A stretch of 64,000 nucleotides of DNA from Phoronis australis (taxonomy: Eukaryota > Animalia > Phoronida): the NCBI GenBank assembly GCA_002633005.1, contig NMRA01000483.1, positions 237,964-301,963 of the forward strand, read 5' to 3'. Position 1 is the stretch's first letter. Every line of letters starts with the position of its first letter. Shown in pieces: positions 50,575 through 64,000 of the stretch. The position numbers and the translations under genes are program-made. The notes under the pieces are model-generated. The model saw only the letters and a program-made list of their open reading frames with translations, had not been told where the DNA came from and ran no database searches.

Positions 50575-53500
50575 TCAGAGTCTACAGCATAAGACACCAG
50601 ATGTCACATTGGCCAGGTAGACACAGTTATGGTGATGCCTGGCTCGTCTAATCTCCATTATGACATTCCGCAGACACAATGACGATGTATCCGGATCCTG
50701 ACGTGGACAATTTTTACCTATGCCAGCCATTGTGAATCCACGTGACCTGCACTTTCCGCAGCCATACTGCGGTGAAATGTCCAGGGCAAAACAACCCTCA
50801 GTGAGGCTGCTTGTGATGGACCGAATGCGATCAACATCCCTGGAGATGCAGACACGCCAGCCTAAGGCACATAGTTTGTTTGCACGATGAATGTGGCCTT
50901 CCCATGATCCTCTGCAGCTACGGATGTCTGGCAGGCTGTGTAAGCCCTCAGAAGCGTTGTGCCTACATCCAGAATGCGCCCCTAAATAAAGCATAACATT
51001 ACTTGATGAATAGGCAGTGAAGTGAACAGACTCTATAAAGTGAGAGTATAGCATCATTAGCTACAGACTGGGTGGCCAAGACATTGAAAACATAACAAGT
51101 AGAGCAACTTTAAAGAGCTACCTGCAAACTATTTTCTGTCTTGTGAATGTAATCTATTAAGACCATGCTAAAAATTGTTTAAAACGGATGTATAACATTG
51201 AATATATTAAACAGAATAGAATTCACACAATAAAATTATTTTTGCAATTGCCGCTAGCCATTCATCGCCATTCTATATACAATCACCACCAATGATATGG
51301 AACCATTAAAGCCACTATGAACCATGTCTATCCAACTTAAAAAGAAACTTTCAATTTAGGCTGCTTACCTAAGTTTGTATTGCTTTCACAATGTTACCTA
51401 GTACTCAGATTAAACGGAATTTACAAAGAAACAGATTAACTGCAGTCACTATTTTCAGCTTTTTTCCTGGAAGCCAGAACAATAATCATTCTTACGTTTT
51501 ACTGTAACCATGGTAAAAACCTCCAGCTCTCCTAGGTCATTTCTTGCTCGGCATCTGTATAGACCAGAGTGACTCAATATTGCACTTTTTGTCATCAGTG
51601 AGCCTGAAAAGCAAAGCAATGAAGGCATTCGACCATCACAACTACAGTTCAGATCCAATAGGCAATATATTTTTATTTATACAGATGTATTATTTTCCAA
51701 AATTTATCTGAAGGGTCACTGATTTATACTAAATTGCGTTTCATATACCTCTACTACTAAAAGTCACAACTTTTCAAAATCAATTCGAACACAATCATTT
51801 AAAAAGTGTCTTTTCAACTCCTTGAAGTTTACACAGCCTTTTTTGTGGATAAAAATAGTACACCACCATCAACCCTCAATGAAAGCTTCAGAAATCTTTA
51901 TTTTGTACCATCAAATTCACAGACTTATACAGGAGTGGAAACGATTCCATGGACATGCCTCTAAATTAGTTTCGATCCCCTAAAGCCAAGTCCTGGACCT
52001 ACAAACACAATGCAGTATTGAAGTTTTGTCTGTGAATATTTTCAGTATGAGGGTGTGCGGTTCAGGGCCGGGGTACGGAATTCTACTTCAGCTTTGGTGT
52101 TTGTTGGAGCAGGACCGGATTTAAGGGATAGTAGTTGGAATTTGGTGCACTGTCATTGAATTGTTTGCACTCACTGAAATAAATTAAGGGTTATTTTATA
52201 AAATAAAGAGACCGAATTTAAAAGTATTAAGCAAACTTTATCAAGTCTCTAGTTGTTCTGCCAATCTCTCTCGCAGTCCAACTTCAAAAGACTAACAGTA
52301 TATGATTTCTGAAATCTTGGAAGTTTTGAAAATGGTTTCATTCATTTGGTTAGGTCCTGGAGAGATGCTTCGGTTTTGTCCAGACTGAACAAAGTACCCG
52401 GTGTTGCACAGGAGAACAATAAAAATCTTTTGACAGCCTTCCAGCCATATGATCACCAGGTCTAGAAAACCAGCTTTGGCATCTCAAGTGATGAGTATGC
52501 CACCTGAGAGTGGAGGCCCACTTGTTTACATGCCAAGTTTTAACACAAGAACGTACAATTTGCACTGTTAACACATGGGATACACGTAAGTTTACTTGAG
52601 ATTATTTAAAAATCTCCAAGAAAAGTCAGACAAACACAGTCTTGACTCATGAATGAGACATTTTAATATTAATACTATTAATTACTACAATCTATATCAC
52701 AACCATCATGGGAGCTTAAGTTATGTTGAAAACTACGAAATATGACCGAGGACAAGGTCTCATGAATGAGGCCCCTATATACATCCTCACCAGCATCATC
52801 TACACTCCATTCACTATCAGGCTGGTCAATAGCTTCATCATTTCTGTACCATGTGATGAGCGGACGAGGGTGACCTCTGACAGGGCATCGTACTGTTATG
52901 GGTTGTCCAACTGTCACCATGATCTTCATCTGGTGGCTACCATGACGTCGAGGTTGAAAGCCTGGATGTTAGCAAACTACATGCATTAGGTAGACAGGCA
53001 GATAACTACATTTACCTACACAGAACAAGAAAATGTTCCAAACCATATCACCCACTTCCAAACAAATTTTGAGGATATGCTTCACACAGGGTGCAATCAC
53101 TAAAAACCCACTAAAATTATTAAAAGTAGGTGAATTGTTATGGAACCCAGGATAGGGTGCACACCCATAGTTTTATGACACTTTAAAATTATGATATGAT
53201 ATGTTAGGGCAGGTATTCACCAAAACAGAGTTATTCAAGATGACGTGTGAAAAAAATATGACCAACAAAAGGTTTTGGTTGATATACCAGCTTGGACCTA
53301 GTCCTGTATCTAGCATTTCCCACTAAGATCATGAATCGATTCAAGTCAATTAAACCTCTACAATGGACAGTTTAAAGACAATTGCATCAATCACAATTGA
53401 CCTTGTATTTCTTCAAAAACAAGAAAAAAATGCAAATAATTACTTTCATTTAGGATTTGTTAAAACTGTCGTACTGTCGTCTGATAATGTCATTAAAGTG

Positions 53501-56500
53501 CAGTTATCACCCACCATAAACTAGGTCAAAAACAGGTAAGTGCCCAACTCCCCCTTCAACGCATTTGGCAGTGAATAGGGTAACTCGTCAAAAGGTGCCT
53601 GCAAAGTGTAATTCCCCTTTAAGAGCCTTGTAGAGCCTCCTTTGGGCATTCTGTTTCCAAAATGGCTGAAAGAAGGGTGTGTGTTTCATTTTGACATGCT
53701 CTGGAGCTGAACTATATTTGTAAGTACAATAACCGTTGATATTTTAACTAGTGTAATTTCTTTATGTGGTTTCCTAGTTCAGTTCTATCTAGTTTATAGT
53801 TCCCTAAGTTTTTGCATAATGTTTTAGTTTATAGTTACATGCAACCAGCTAGTTTGTTTGCTTGCCACTAGATGTAGTTGTTATTTGGGTCATGTTTGTA
53901 TACATATCATGTTTTAATTTTTGTTTTCCAACTTATCAACACTCTTTGTATTACTTTCTATAGGGACCACTTCTACGGCGATGTTTAAGTGTGTTCGAAG
54001 TACGAGAAAGCTATAGAATAAAGTTTTGAAGTAAACACACGCCTTTGGCAGTGAATGGGTAAGTTACAGTAAAGCATGTTTGGCAGTAGGTGCGTGAGTC
54101 ATCGAAAGGCGTGTTTTGCCAAGGGAACAATACTTCAAAGATCTGGTTAAAAATCAGTTGCCTGTCCATAAATCTTGATTAACTCCCTTGACTGAGCACT
54201 CTACCTATAAAACTGTAAATTTCTTAAAATTTTGATTACTGAAGACGAGTGGCACTAACTAAAAACTGTTGATTAAACAATTAACACCATACAGACAAGC
54301 CACACGAGAACATACACATTCCATGATTCTAGTATTTAATACATTTTATAATCGTATTCACATAGAAAGAGTTAAATTGCTGCTGTTGACATGGGTAAAA
54401 CATTACTTTACGACTAGTTTGCTTGAGCTGTTAATGACCTTAATTAAGGAACCAGAGCTAGTTGACAATGAGCAAAATAAGTTAACGAGCCAGTCATTAA
54501 CTAATTGATGTAGTTCCAATTAAGCTAAAATGTTTTCAAAGTACTCAGAATTTCTGCATTGATCCACTCAGCTTTAATAGATCTTTCTCAATGACATTGA
54601 GGTGCTGAATGCGACGATTTCCCCTTCAGCTGCCTGTATGAACCTTTATATACTTTTTGGTACAAAGTTTGAGACTGAAATTGGTTCTGCTTATAGCTAC
54701 TGCTGTATAACAAATTATGATTTTGGAAAATTTTGTGTTCATGCATGCATATGCAAAACTATCGAGATTACAGCCCATTGAATCATGGGATGTTTTCAGT
54801 ATGTATAGACAATGTACAGCCTAAAACTTCTGTTGCTACCTGTTGTCCTACAGCACACAACCCCAGATGTGAGGTTGGGTCTGTACGTACAAGCCTTGCC
54901 AAAGTGGCTGTCCACACAGCAACTGGCTGAAATTTGACCTCCACTGATGCATGACCTTTGACCCAACAGCTGATGGGGGCATCCCCGACCCACACCAGCT
55001 AGATCATCCTACAAAACGGAATACACAAACAAATAACACCTCCACTGCCTAGGGGTGATGATCAAAGATACAATGCAGCCTGGATCACAACCAAAAGCGT
55101 ATTATTTGAGATTTTAAGTGTTGTGAATTTACCAGTAAGTTCGTTCAGAGCCGAAAATGCGTCATATTTAACAAAATTTGCCTCAAGTAACGAATGCTAC
55201 CAAAATGTAACAAAACAAGATTCCCGTAACTGAGTAATGACAACAAATTTTGGCACAATTTACTGTAAAGAAGACTTTGTAGTTAATTTGTTGTCTATGG
55301 TGACAATGTGGTGTGAACGGAACACCTTGGTGCTAATTCTGGCTGTAAGAAACTGCTTTCATATTGTTTTTCTTAATTAAGTTTGAAGTTGGCCATTTTA
55401 GAACACTGAAAAAGCACTCAATATTACCTTTAAATGAAGTTATTGAAACAATTTTTGACCCAATTATTTAGAATTCACAAAAGGAAACCAGTATGTAAAC
55501 TACAGCCACAGCCATACTTTTATAAATTTTAAAGTAAACACCTGAGGCAATAACTTCATTGAGACTTCATCCAGAATTTCAAAAATAGGGAAACTAAAAT
55601 GGGTTTCCCAATTTTTCAGGGCATTCATGACCAATGAAGTGTGACTGTTTCTTTATGGTAATGGTCGGATAAAGCGTGCCCGTATTTTGAGAACCAATTT
55701 TCTCCACTGAATAAGGAGCATCAAACTGGTTCTCAACATATGGGCATGCTATATCAAATTCCATGACCACAAGACAATCTAGTTGCTGTTACAGTGTGAT
55801 ATATTACCATAAAGGCATAGGTCTGCAGTAACAGTCATTACATCTTACTTCATATCTTAATGTTATGTAGGACCATATTGAGATATGCAAATTCAAAGTG
55901 AATTATCAGAAAACCAAGGCTGTGTCAACTAATAAAAGTATATATTTTCTGAAATAAAAATCAGGGGTTACAAAAATACAAGTTATATTTATGTGTCATT
56001 GTTATTACAACGTGGCCACCTTTTTAAGTGAAATTTTCATTTTTAACAAACTTAAAGGTACATTCATAACAAAACAACCCCTGAGTGAATATTAAAAGAA
56101 ATCCGAGTCGTATTCGAGAACTGAGTGTTCCTAAGTTCAAATGAAGTTGATTGCCAAACCCAAGAAAAAGCCGAAAACGTTGCGAGTTGTCAAAATCTCA
56201 AGGTTTTCACTTAATTATTCACTGAAAACTTGCTTTCAGTCAATATAACCTAAAAACCCTTTTTTATATTCATTATATTAACACTCAGATGCAATGTCAA
56301 TTGAATTTACAGTGTAATCAACTTAATTATCTCTGAAATGTTTTAATTTTGTCAGTCGCATTTCAGTGCCTCCAGTGACACTAGGTCAGATATGGGGTAA
56401 ACAGTTAGTAAGTCAACAGTTCATTGTGGTACACAACATATGAAGTATGCACTGGTGAGACTGATATCAACAAACAACAAAAATGGACAATAGAAATCGA

Positions 56501-59500
56501 GCCTGTGGTTAAAGTGCACTGTGAGCAAGATTGAAACACTGAACTGTCATATTATCCGTGAAATTAATGAATTTGGGAGAGGGTTTATCTTTTTTAACAA
56601 CTTGCAGCGTACGTGAACACACAGTGCCTGATGCCTTGCAGCGACTCAGTGCATTCATTGTATGATTATGCTATCAACTTTACAATGAACTTTATATGCA
56701 AGCACACACAACTCCCTCAGGATCCCTTTCCACATCATTTTTCTAGGCTATGTTCACCTCGTAGACTCAATATTATGCTGAATCAGTTAATGGAAGGACC
56801 GTGGGTACAAACAGAACTGCTCTATGCCTGGTGGGAAATTCGACTTGAGTGACAGCCTGTCATTGACAGGTCTCTAACCTTTGAACTTAGATAACAAGTA
56901 AACAAATTCCCATACGGATTAGGTAGGTCTAGGAAATCGTTTTTTCTACCATGAACAGGCAAGATGTTGATTTTAAAGTTTAGTTAACTAAAAATGAAGG
57001 TCAAAGATTCATCCACGTGGGTAAAGTTTTCAATATTGCAAACAAAAATGAAAGTAAGGTCCAACATATCCTTAATACTAATTCTTTATTCTGGACAAGG
57101 GCAATGAGCTCCCAGTTCTGTTGTTCACAAATTTTAACTTTTAATCATGGTTACTTCACTTGGGCATCCAAACACTGAACACCGTATTCAAGCACTGAAA
57201 AGAGCGTCGTAACTAGGGTGTCAAAATTTGAGTCATTGTGTCCAACTAACTGCCCACTAGAAAAAAGCCCCATCATTCTCCAAAATATTCTCCTGAAAAA
57301 CTTACAGCCTGGACGTCTTCGACACATGGTCTGCACGTAGCGCCATCTTGTGCAGCATTATATGCGTAACAGCCAGCAATGTTCATAGCATCTTTCCACA
57401 TGATGTTCTTCAAGATTTCTCTATCTTTCCAGCTACAAATGTGCCAGCCTAAGACAAACATCGTCTCATTAGCAAACTATTGTACACAGACAACAGGGCT
57501 TGGAATGACCAATGACAAAAAACGCGGATACTTTGAAACTTTTACTGCCCAAATCATGCCCGATAACCAGCCTTTCCCCGACAAAAATCGGGAGGACTAA
57601 AAAAAAAAAATGTTACCACCATCAGTAGCATGCATCGGCGTCCTTTTAGCTCGCTCGTCCACTCTCAACCCACACATTTTTGGCTGCAGAGCGGTAGTAT
57701 TTGTCGCCGCGCTTAACAATAACACGAGACACCACTGAAAATCCCACCACGCTGTCCCAGATGCCCCGGCAATGTTGACAATTTACGTTCCTCCGAAACA
57801 TAAAGAGCAACTACAGCTTTTCGAGGTGAACGTCGTCTGCAACGCCGCGGTAAGAAAGGAATTTGCCGAGAAAATTTTATATCAAATCCGATTTTTTTAC
57901 GCGGATATATTATAAAAAAAGCGGAAAGAACATTTGAAAAAAGCGGAAATCCGTGTTTCCGCGGAAAATTCCAAGCCCTGAGACACACTTCAGGTAGCAT
58001 ATTGAATTTAGAGTAAACAAACTCTTTAAAGTGCATATTTTTGTTGTCAGTGTGTCACTGAAGTCATTTTAAATTAGTACTTTATGGCTGTATTCACCCA
58101 TAAGCTTGCTAAATGTCCATCAAAACATTTGTGAACGACATGAAAACCAAAGTCAGGTTTGTATGATGAGGTCACTGTGAAGATTCTACAACTTCATGTA
58201 AAAATAAATATCCCGATTGATAGTTTTCCATTTTTTGAAGGAATGAGCACAGAAAGTGACTACATCACAACCCAAGCAACTATTCCACACTGGAAAAAAA
58301 CAATATGACGGATGCCCATTCACTTAAACTAACACATCAATTCAAAGCCAGTGAATTCAACAAGAATTAGTTTTCAACATTTGAACCTTTGCAGCAGCAT
58401 CACAATGAACCAAACAGATCATCATTTATTACCCACATATTTACCAGGGCTTGGAATGGCCAATGACAAAAAAGGAAAATTTTGTATCTTTCCACAAATA
58501 AATAGGCTTGCGTGACAGAAATATTTTTCGTGTTGTAAAATTTAACCGAAGCAAACGTTTTTGCATGAATTAAGTCAAAATTATGATAAAAAAGCAACAA
58601 AAAGAGGAAACTGGAAATCAAATCAGAGGAAATCAAAACCAAAAAAGAAGAGATCCTCTTAAAAGAGGAAAATTCCAAGCCCTGCTTTACTAAAAAAAAT
58701 TAAAAACTGCTTAACTCTTGACCCAATGCAATTTCCTGTAAGGTGTATCAAGAATTAGAACCAAGATGGTCTAAACTCCTAGACTACCCCAGTACAGTGA
58801 TATCATGCTATCTGCCTCCATGTGACGTTGAAGCAAATGCTTAAAATCTTATCAAGTGGCACTTTAAGACAGCAGATAATTTAAAAATTGAGAGACAAAA
58901 CATTCTTAACATACAGTTTTGCTGAAAAATTTGACATGTTGTGTTGTAAGTTGCAGAAATTTTCTATTGTAGACATGCCAAGATAAATGCATAACAATAA
59001 TTGGTAAACCAACTCTGAATCCAAAGAAGGTTGGAAGCTCATGTAAATTGAAAGCGTAGAATTTAGTGTCATACACTTCACACTTGAATTATTTATAAAT
59101 ATTAACCTACACGTGTTGAAATGAGGATCGCGTGAAGACATTTATCTGCAGAAATGATATGGCAAATATAACTGCACGGAAATCAAGCACTATAAATGAA
59201 CTTATTCAATCGAGAGATTTGACATTTTACTATTCAGTTGTCACTCCACCATTTGCATTTTACAAATACTGTTGTACTCAATACAAAGGCATTCGGGTCA
59301 CTCACTACTAATTAAAATATGACGTCATTAGGCCAAAATAAGATGGCCGAGTGTGATTCATAGTTGTCTACAAAGAGGTAGAAAAAAGATAATATAACCA
59401 AAGTACCTAAGGAAATTCGATTTTGTTAGTACTGGCAAATAAGTATCTTGTCCCTATCAGTATACTGGTAATTTCTTACATTTACCGCATGTCCATTTCA

Positions 59501-59862
59501 CAGAATCTGAGAAAAAAATTTAATTTTCAATGGACCTTGAGTTCTGTTCTAGCTGGTGTATTGGGTAGTATAACAAATGGTGATAAGTACAAGTACCCGT
59601 AATCCGTGATGGACAGGAGTTTTCTCCCACACTTTCAAGTGGAAGGGGTCTGAAAAAGGCGTAAACTTGTAAACTATATACCTGAAGAACACAGATGTCC
59701 GCTCTCTTGGATGTGTCCAGCCCAGTAACCTGGGCAACCATGGACTGAATCATTGACCAATTGAAACGCAGGACTGGATTTAGCACATCCAGAAGAGAAC
59801 AACTGATAGGCTGCCAGACAGGAGCATTGGAGCAGGACACCGAGCAGGAAGCATTGCTTCAT
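50575..59862 (-). CDS. Secreted 392-aa protein: signal peptide, Cys-rich domain, Ig (I-set-like) domain, second Cys-rich domain; exons 59862-59682, 57448-57306, 55008-54840, 52961-52791, 51603-51496, 50981-50575
   Basis: Six exons (181+143+169+171+108+407 = 1179 nt) join in phase with GT-AG ends and no stops. Signal-like MKQCFLLGVLLQCSCLA; Ig motifs VRCPVRGHPRPLITWYRN and SGLYRCRARN; N- and C-terminal domains align with each other. Confidence 0.9.
57494..57980. mobile_element. hAT-like MITE
   Basis: Perfect TIR CAGGGCTTGGAAT ... ATTCCAAGCCCTG; no clean TSD seen. Confidence 0.75.
58445..58684. mobile_element. hAT-like MITE, shorter family member
   Basis: Same TIR CAGGGCTTGGAAT ... ATTCCAAGCCCTG. 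Confidence 0.75.
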
Positions 59863-60126
59863 TCTACTTAATCAACGGTCGTCATGGCAACAGGACCTAC
59901 AATAATATTTAACATAATTATTGGATATTTCAAACATCTTGAAAAATAATAAAGGAAATGTTCAAATTCCAGTTGAAAGATAACTCATACATTTAAAGTA
60001 CCATACTTGTTCAGGTTACCACCTGAGGCCCTTGTTGACACAGGAATCTCTAAAATCAGGGGTTAGTGTTATGCTGAACACTGATGCTTAAAAAAAAAAT
60101 TTGAGAAGGGTCTAGTGGACACTTAC

Positions 60127-60221
60127 CGAAGCAGTTGATCGGATAAATGAAATGATCAGGGCGCTACATGTTGAGCTCAGACTTCACATCAACAGTATAT
60201 TACATAGAATCAACTAGTTAC
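60127..60221 (-). other. Probable non-coding 5' UTR exon of the secreted Ig-domain gene
   Basis: CTCTGTAG| acceptor and CG|GTAAGT donor; the ATG-containing exon itself begins at an acceptor (59896). Confidence 0.4.
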
Positions 60222-62169
60222 CTACAGAGATGGCATCACGAAAACATGCTACTCCATGGTAAGGGAGTGCATTTTCAGGAGCTAGATTTCTGATGAAACA
60301 GTCGCAAAGACACAGCCACTTTTAAGCCTTGATCTTATAATTTGGGGACGGGTGCTTAAAAGTGAAAATTTTGTTAAGAGGTAGTGCAGCAAGCCAAGCA
60401 TGGATGTTACCCGACTGAGTATGGTTAAGTTATAAAAGACGCTAGAAATATAGACTTACAAATTTCTTGTTTTACATCCTGCAGGTACCACTGCATGTTC
60501 ATGATATGGGTTAATTTTAGAGGGTGTACGTAACCCCTTAATTACTATTGCAACAACTGCTTACATACCTGAATTAGTAATAGCCTGTTTTTATTTTTTC
60601 AGTAGGGAAAAAACTTATGTTAGCCAATTTTGACCAGTTTCTCAGATATCAGTGGTCAAAATTTAAGTTAAGAATAAAACTACAACTTTACTGGTATATG
60701 CTTGCCCTACAGATAAGTTGGAACTAAGATTCAAACCAACAAAGGCATATGAAAGTACACAAGTTGTACACCAGGATTAAACACACAACATATAGTCCCA
60801 GTTGTATATGACAAAAATGAAACATCAAGGATAAAAGCAAAATTCACTCCCTGGTCTTCCAGGATAACACCATTGTAGCAGATTATAAGACACAATTTCA
60901 ATTTTGACACAACAAAATCACATATGGTTGGCACAAAGAAGTCTTCATTATTCAAACTTTAGTTCTCAGTATCTGCACCATTTACGGTTATGTAAGACCC
61001 TAGAACATGTCCAAATTTAGCTAAATTGGGAACATCATATCTCACAAATGGCTTTATATGAAACTTTCAGAATGCTGTAAGCACTATTCTCCAAAACTCT
61101 GTTAGGATTTGTTTTTAAAATGTTCCGCTTATATAAGAAGGCTTGAAGGCTTTTCAAAAAAATATAAAAGTTATGAGATTTCAACATTTATATTTCTAAC
61201 AAAATTTGGTCATGCTTATAGATTGTTGCCACAGTTTTTCTGTTGGCTCCTTGTTACTAAATTTTACTGAAAAGACATGGCCATGAAACCCAGAAAATGT
61301 TTACATTTACCAACTTACAATCTATATAGTTTCTTTGATATTTGGCTAAGTACACAAACTTGTAGATTAAGTTCCTACAGTACAGGAACACATAACAGAT
61401 TTAGAGAGGACTATGCAACAACTAAAACCCCTGAGCAAGCATTTCCAACAGCAGGAAAGCAACCATCTTGTTAACCTACCCAACTTATTCCCTTGTAATC
61501 CTCACACTGTACTGATTAACTGGAGCCTTTCTTGTTGCTTTTAAATAAACCAATTTCATCTTCCTTTGTGACAACTGATACAGCCACTACAAGCCAACAA
61601 AACCTTTAGAAACAACAAACAGTGACTGGACAAAAGGCCAACACAAATAATCACAAACTTAACCCACATCAAAGTGCCCAGGACAGTTATCTGTTTAATC
61701 AGAGGGTGAGAGGGAGAGAGAGAGGGCTATTGTTAGAAACCAGTTTGTGTGAATCAAGCTTACTATGGTTGTACATGTACTAACTTTGATCAACTCACTG
61801 TTGACAGTTGAAGGAATACTGAGCCTCATTACATATAATGAGCTCAAACTTACTAAATCTGGCTGTAACTCCTTCTATAGTGTTGACTGTAATGTAAGTA
61901 ATCTTTGCCATTCACACTGACAGTATGTGTAACCTCAGTTCCCTGTTTTAGTTGCTGGTACTCAATGCTATTGCTTTTAGGTTCACCCCACTCTGTGCTT
62001 CACTGCGCCTGTTTACAACAAGATTTTACAGCAAGGCCACAAACAGTTCATAAATTTTGCAACTGCTAAGCTATATCGAATTGCAATGGTTATAACTTCT
62101 TGGTAAACCACCCTCACAAGAGGTTACAACTGCCCTACTATTACAGTTTCTACAAGAGCAATGCAGAGC

Positions 62170-64000
62170 ATTGAAATGCACCTACGACTGCACCATCAAA
62201 GGTGTGCTTATTTATTTGTATCATAAAAAATGGCCATTAGATGGCACAGATCACATTGGACTCATCCAAAAATGGGAAGCAATGAGTCTCCTCGTCTTTC
62301 AAAATTATTTACCAAATTTCATGACAATCCACCAAAGAACTTCAAAAGATACAATGGCAAACATAAAAAACTGCCATTATAGGAACCACATCAGTAGACG
62401 AATCCGTCCAGTTGCCATCTTCATAACGGATATTTGTTTGCCCAATTTCATGAAAAAGCATCAAGGAACTCTGAAGTTACAGAGGCAAATGCAAAAAAAA
62501 TGAAATTGCCACTAGGGACCACAGCTGTGGTTGGAATGGCCTGGAACTGGCCAACATCAAATGCCTTCTCCATAGGAACATATCTGCTGAGTTTCGGAAA
62601 GATCTTGCATAGGGTAAATGAGGGAGGTACAGCTGTGGACAAAAAAAAAATCTGAGGAGGGGGTGCCAGAGTAATTGAAAACGTCCGAAAATTAACGTTA
62701 GGCTCAGTCTTCTCACCAGGAAGACATCTCCAAGTTTTAACAATGATCCTTCAAGTGGTTTTGTGAATGGACAGGATGATGTCAAAAATGTACTAAACAA
62801 ATTTTTTAGTACCCACCATGAGACGCAGAATATGTCAAATCCGCCAAAAATGAGAAGGCATCGTCATTTCCTTAATAGAAAGATATCTGCAAGATTTCGC
62901 AATACTGAAAATGTCCGTTATTATGTAAAATTTCTCCGAAAACTGGAACCTGTAGACTCTTTAATAGAAATCTATAAATTTCATGAAAACCTGCCAAGGA
63001 GCTTCAAAGATACAAAGGACATCGAATAAAATAAAATTGACACAAGGGGACACAGCGCTAGTTGTAGCCACCCAAATGTTGGCATTCAGTTGTCCATTGC
63101 CAACTTCTTACAAATACACTTGCCATATTTAATGAAAATCCTGCAGAGGGTTTGGGTGATACAGTCATAGGCGCTAATGCAACTAGGCGACACTACAGTA
63201 GTCCGAGTCATCCGAAAATCACCATCAGCCGTACTCTTCACAGTAGAAACATAAATGTCAATTTTCAAAATCATCCTAAGAGTGGTCTGGTTGATAGAGG
63301 GGTGGATGCCAAAAACAGACTAAAAACAATGGTGAAAAATACATCAAATCTATCTGAAAACTGTAAAATGTTATCCTTTCTTTAATAGAAAGCTATTTAC
63401 CAAATTTCTCTCAAGGAACTTAAGAGAAACAGAGGAAAATCGGAAAAAATGAAATTGCCACCAGGGGGCACAGCATTCCTCGGATCGGTCTGAAAGTCAT
63501 CGTAGTCCGTTGCCAACTTTAAATAAGTACACCTGCTAAATTAAGATCCTGCTCACGGTTTTGGAGATACAGCCATGAGTGCAAAAAATAAAACTGATAC
63601 TAGGAGGCACCACAGCAGTCGAAGTCACCGGGAATCCATCGTTAGCCATCCTCTTCATAGTAGGAACATATATGCCAATTTTCACAATCATCCTTAGAGG
63701 TTGATAGAGGCGGATGCCAAAAAAGCTGACCCAAAACAGTAAAAATGGCCAATAGGTGCCGCAAAATACCTTGAATCCATCCGAAAATGGGAACATAGCG
63801 CCACTTCACTAATAGATGCCTATCTACCAAATTTTACGAAAATCCGTTGAGGACCTTTGACGATACAGAGGTAATCGTAAAAGAATAAAATTGCCACTAG
63901 GGGACACGCGTTTGGCCGATCCGTACAAAAGTCCGTTAATGTCGTCCCATCTATGAAAGAAACACGTGCAAAATTTCATAAACACACATCAAAGGGATTT
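62170..64000 (-). mobile_element. DINE-1/Helentron-associated-like tandem array, third copy (runs off the window)
   Basis: Diverged ~150-bp units homologous to 37755-38600, e.g. AAATTGCCACTAGGGGACAC, GGAGATACAGCCATGAG, GGTTGATAGAGGGGTGGATGCC. Confidence 0.7.

Noticed and set aside
52350-52574. Possible alternative or decayed Ig exon inside intron 4 of the secreted gene
   Set aside because: The Ig-like residues are split between frames with a stop, and the flanking exons already join in phase without it.

Overview
AT-rich, repeat-dense, intron-containing animal genomic DNA, probably from a marine invertebrate (species not determinable from sequence alone). Host genes: the first three coding exons of huntingtin (minus strand, 352-2258) head-to-head with the first coding exon of UBLCP1 (3562-3721); a single-coding-exon SGNH/PC-esterase-like gene (35815-36900); and a six-exon secreted protein gene with an Ig domain between two copies of an unnamed Cys-rich domain (minus, 50575-59862). 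The most unusual part is 7.7-22.6 kb. It holds a spliced KDZ-family (CxC6-type) transposase gene, divergent from a 9-kb unit bounded by long inverted repeats (13136-22143). The only gene found in that unit is an apparently intact six-exon DUF3987/YfjI-like P-loop ATPase. Also present: three Kolobok/KolobokP-like THAP fragments, a decayed LINE, a gypsy RNase H relic, three DINE-1/Helentron-like tandem arrays carrying CTCF-like motifs, and many MITEs. Exon structures were assembled by hand from splice signals and reading-frame phase. Family names come from recalled motifs, not database searches. Some duplications next to single N bases are probably assembly artefacts.
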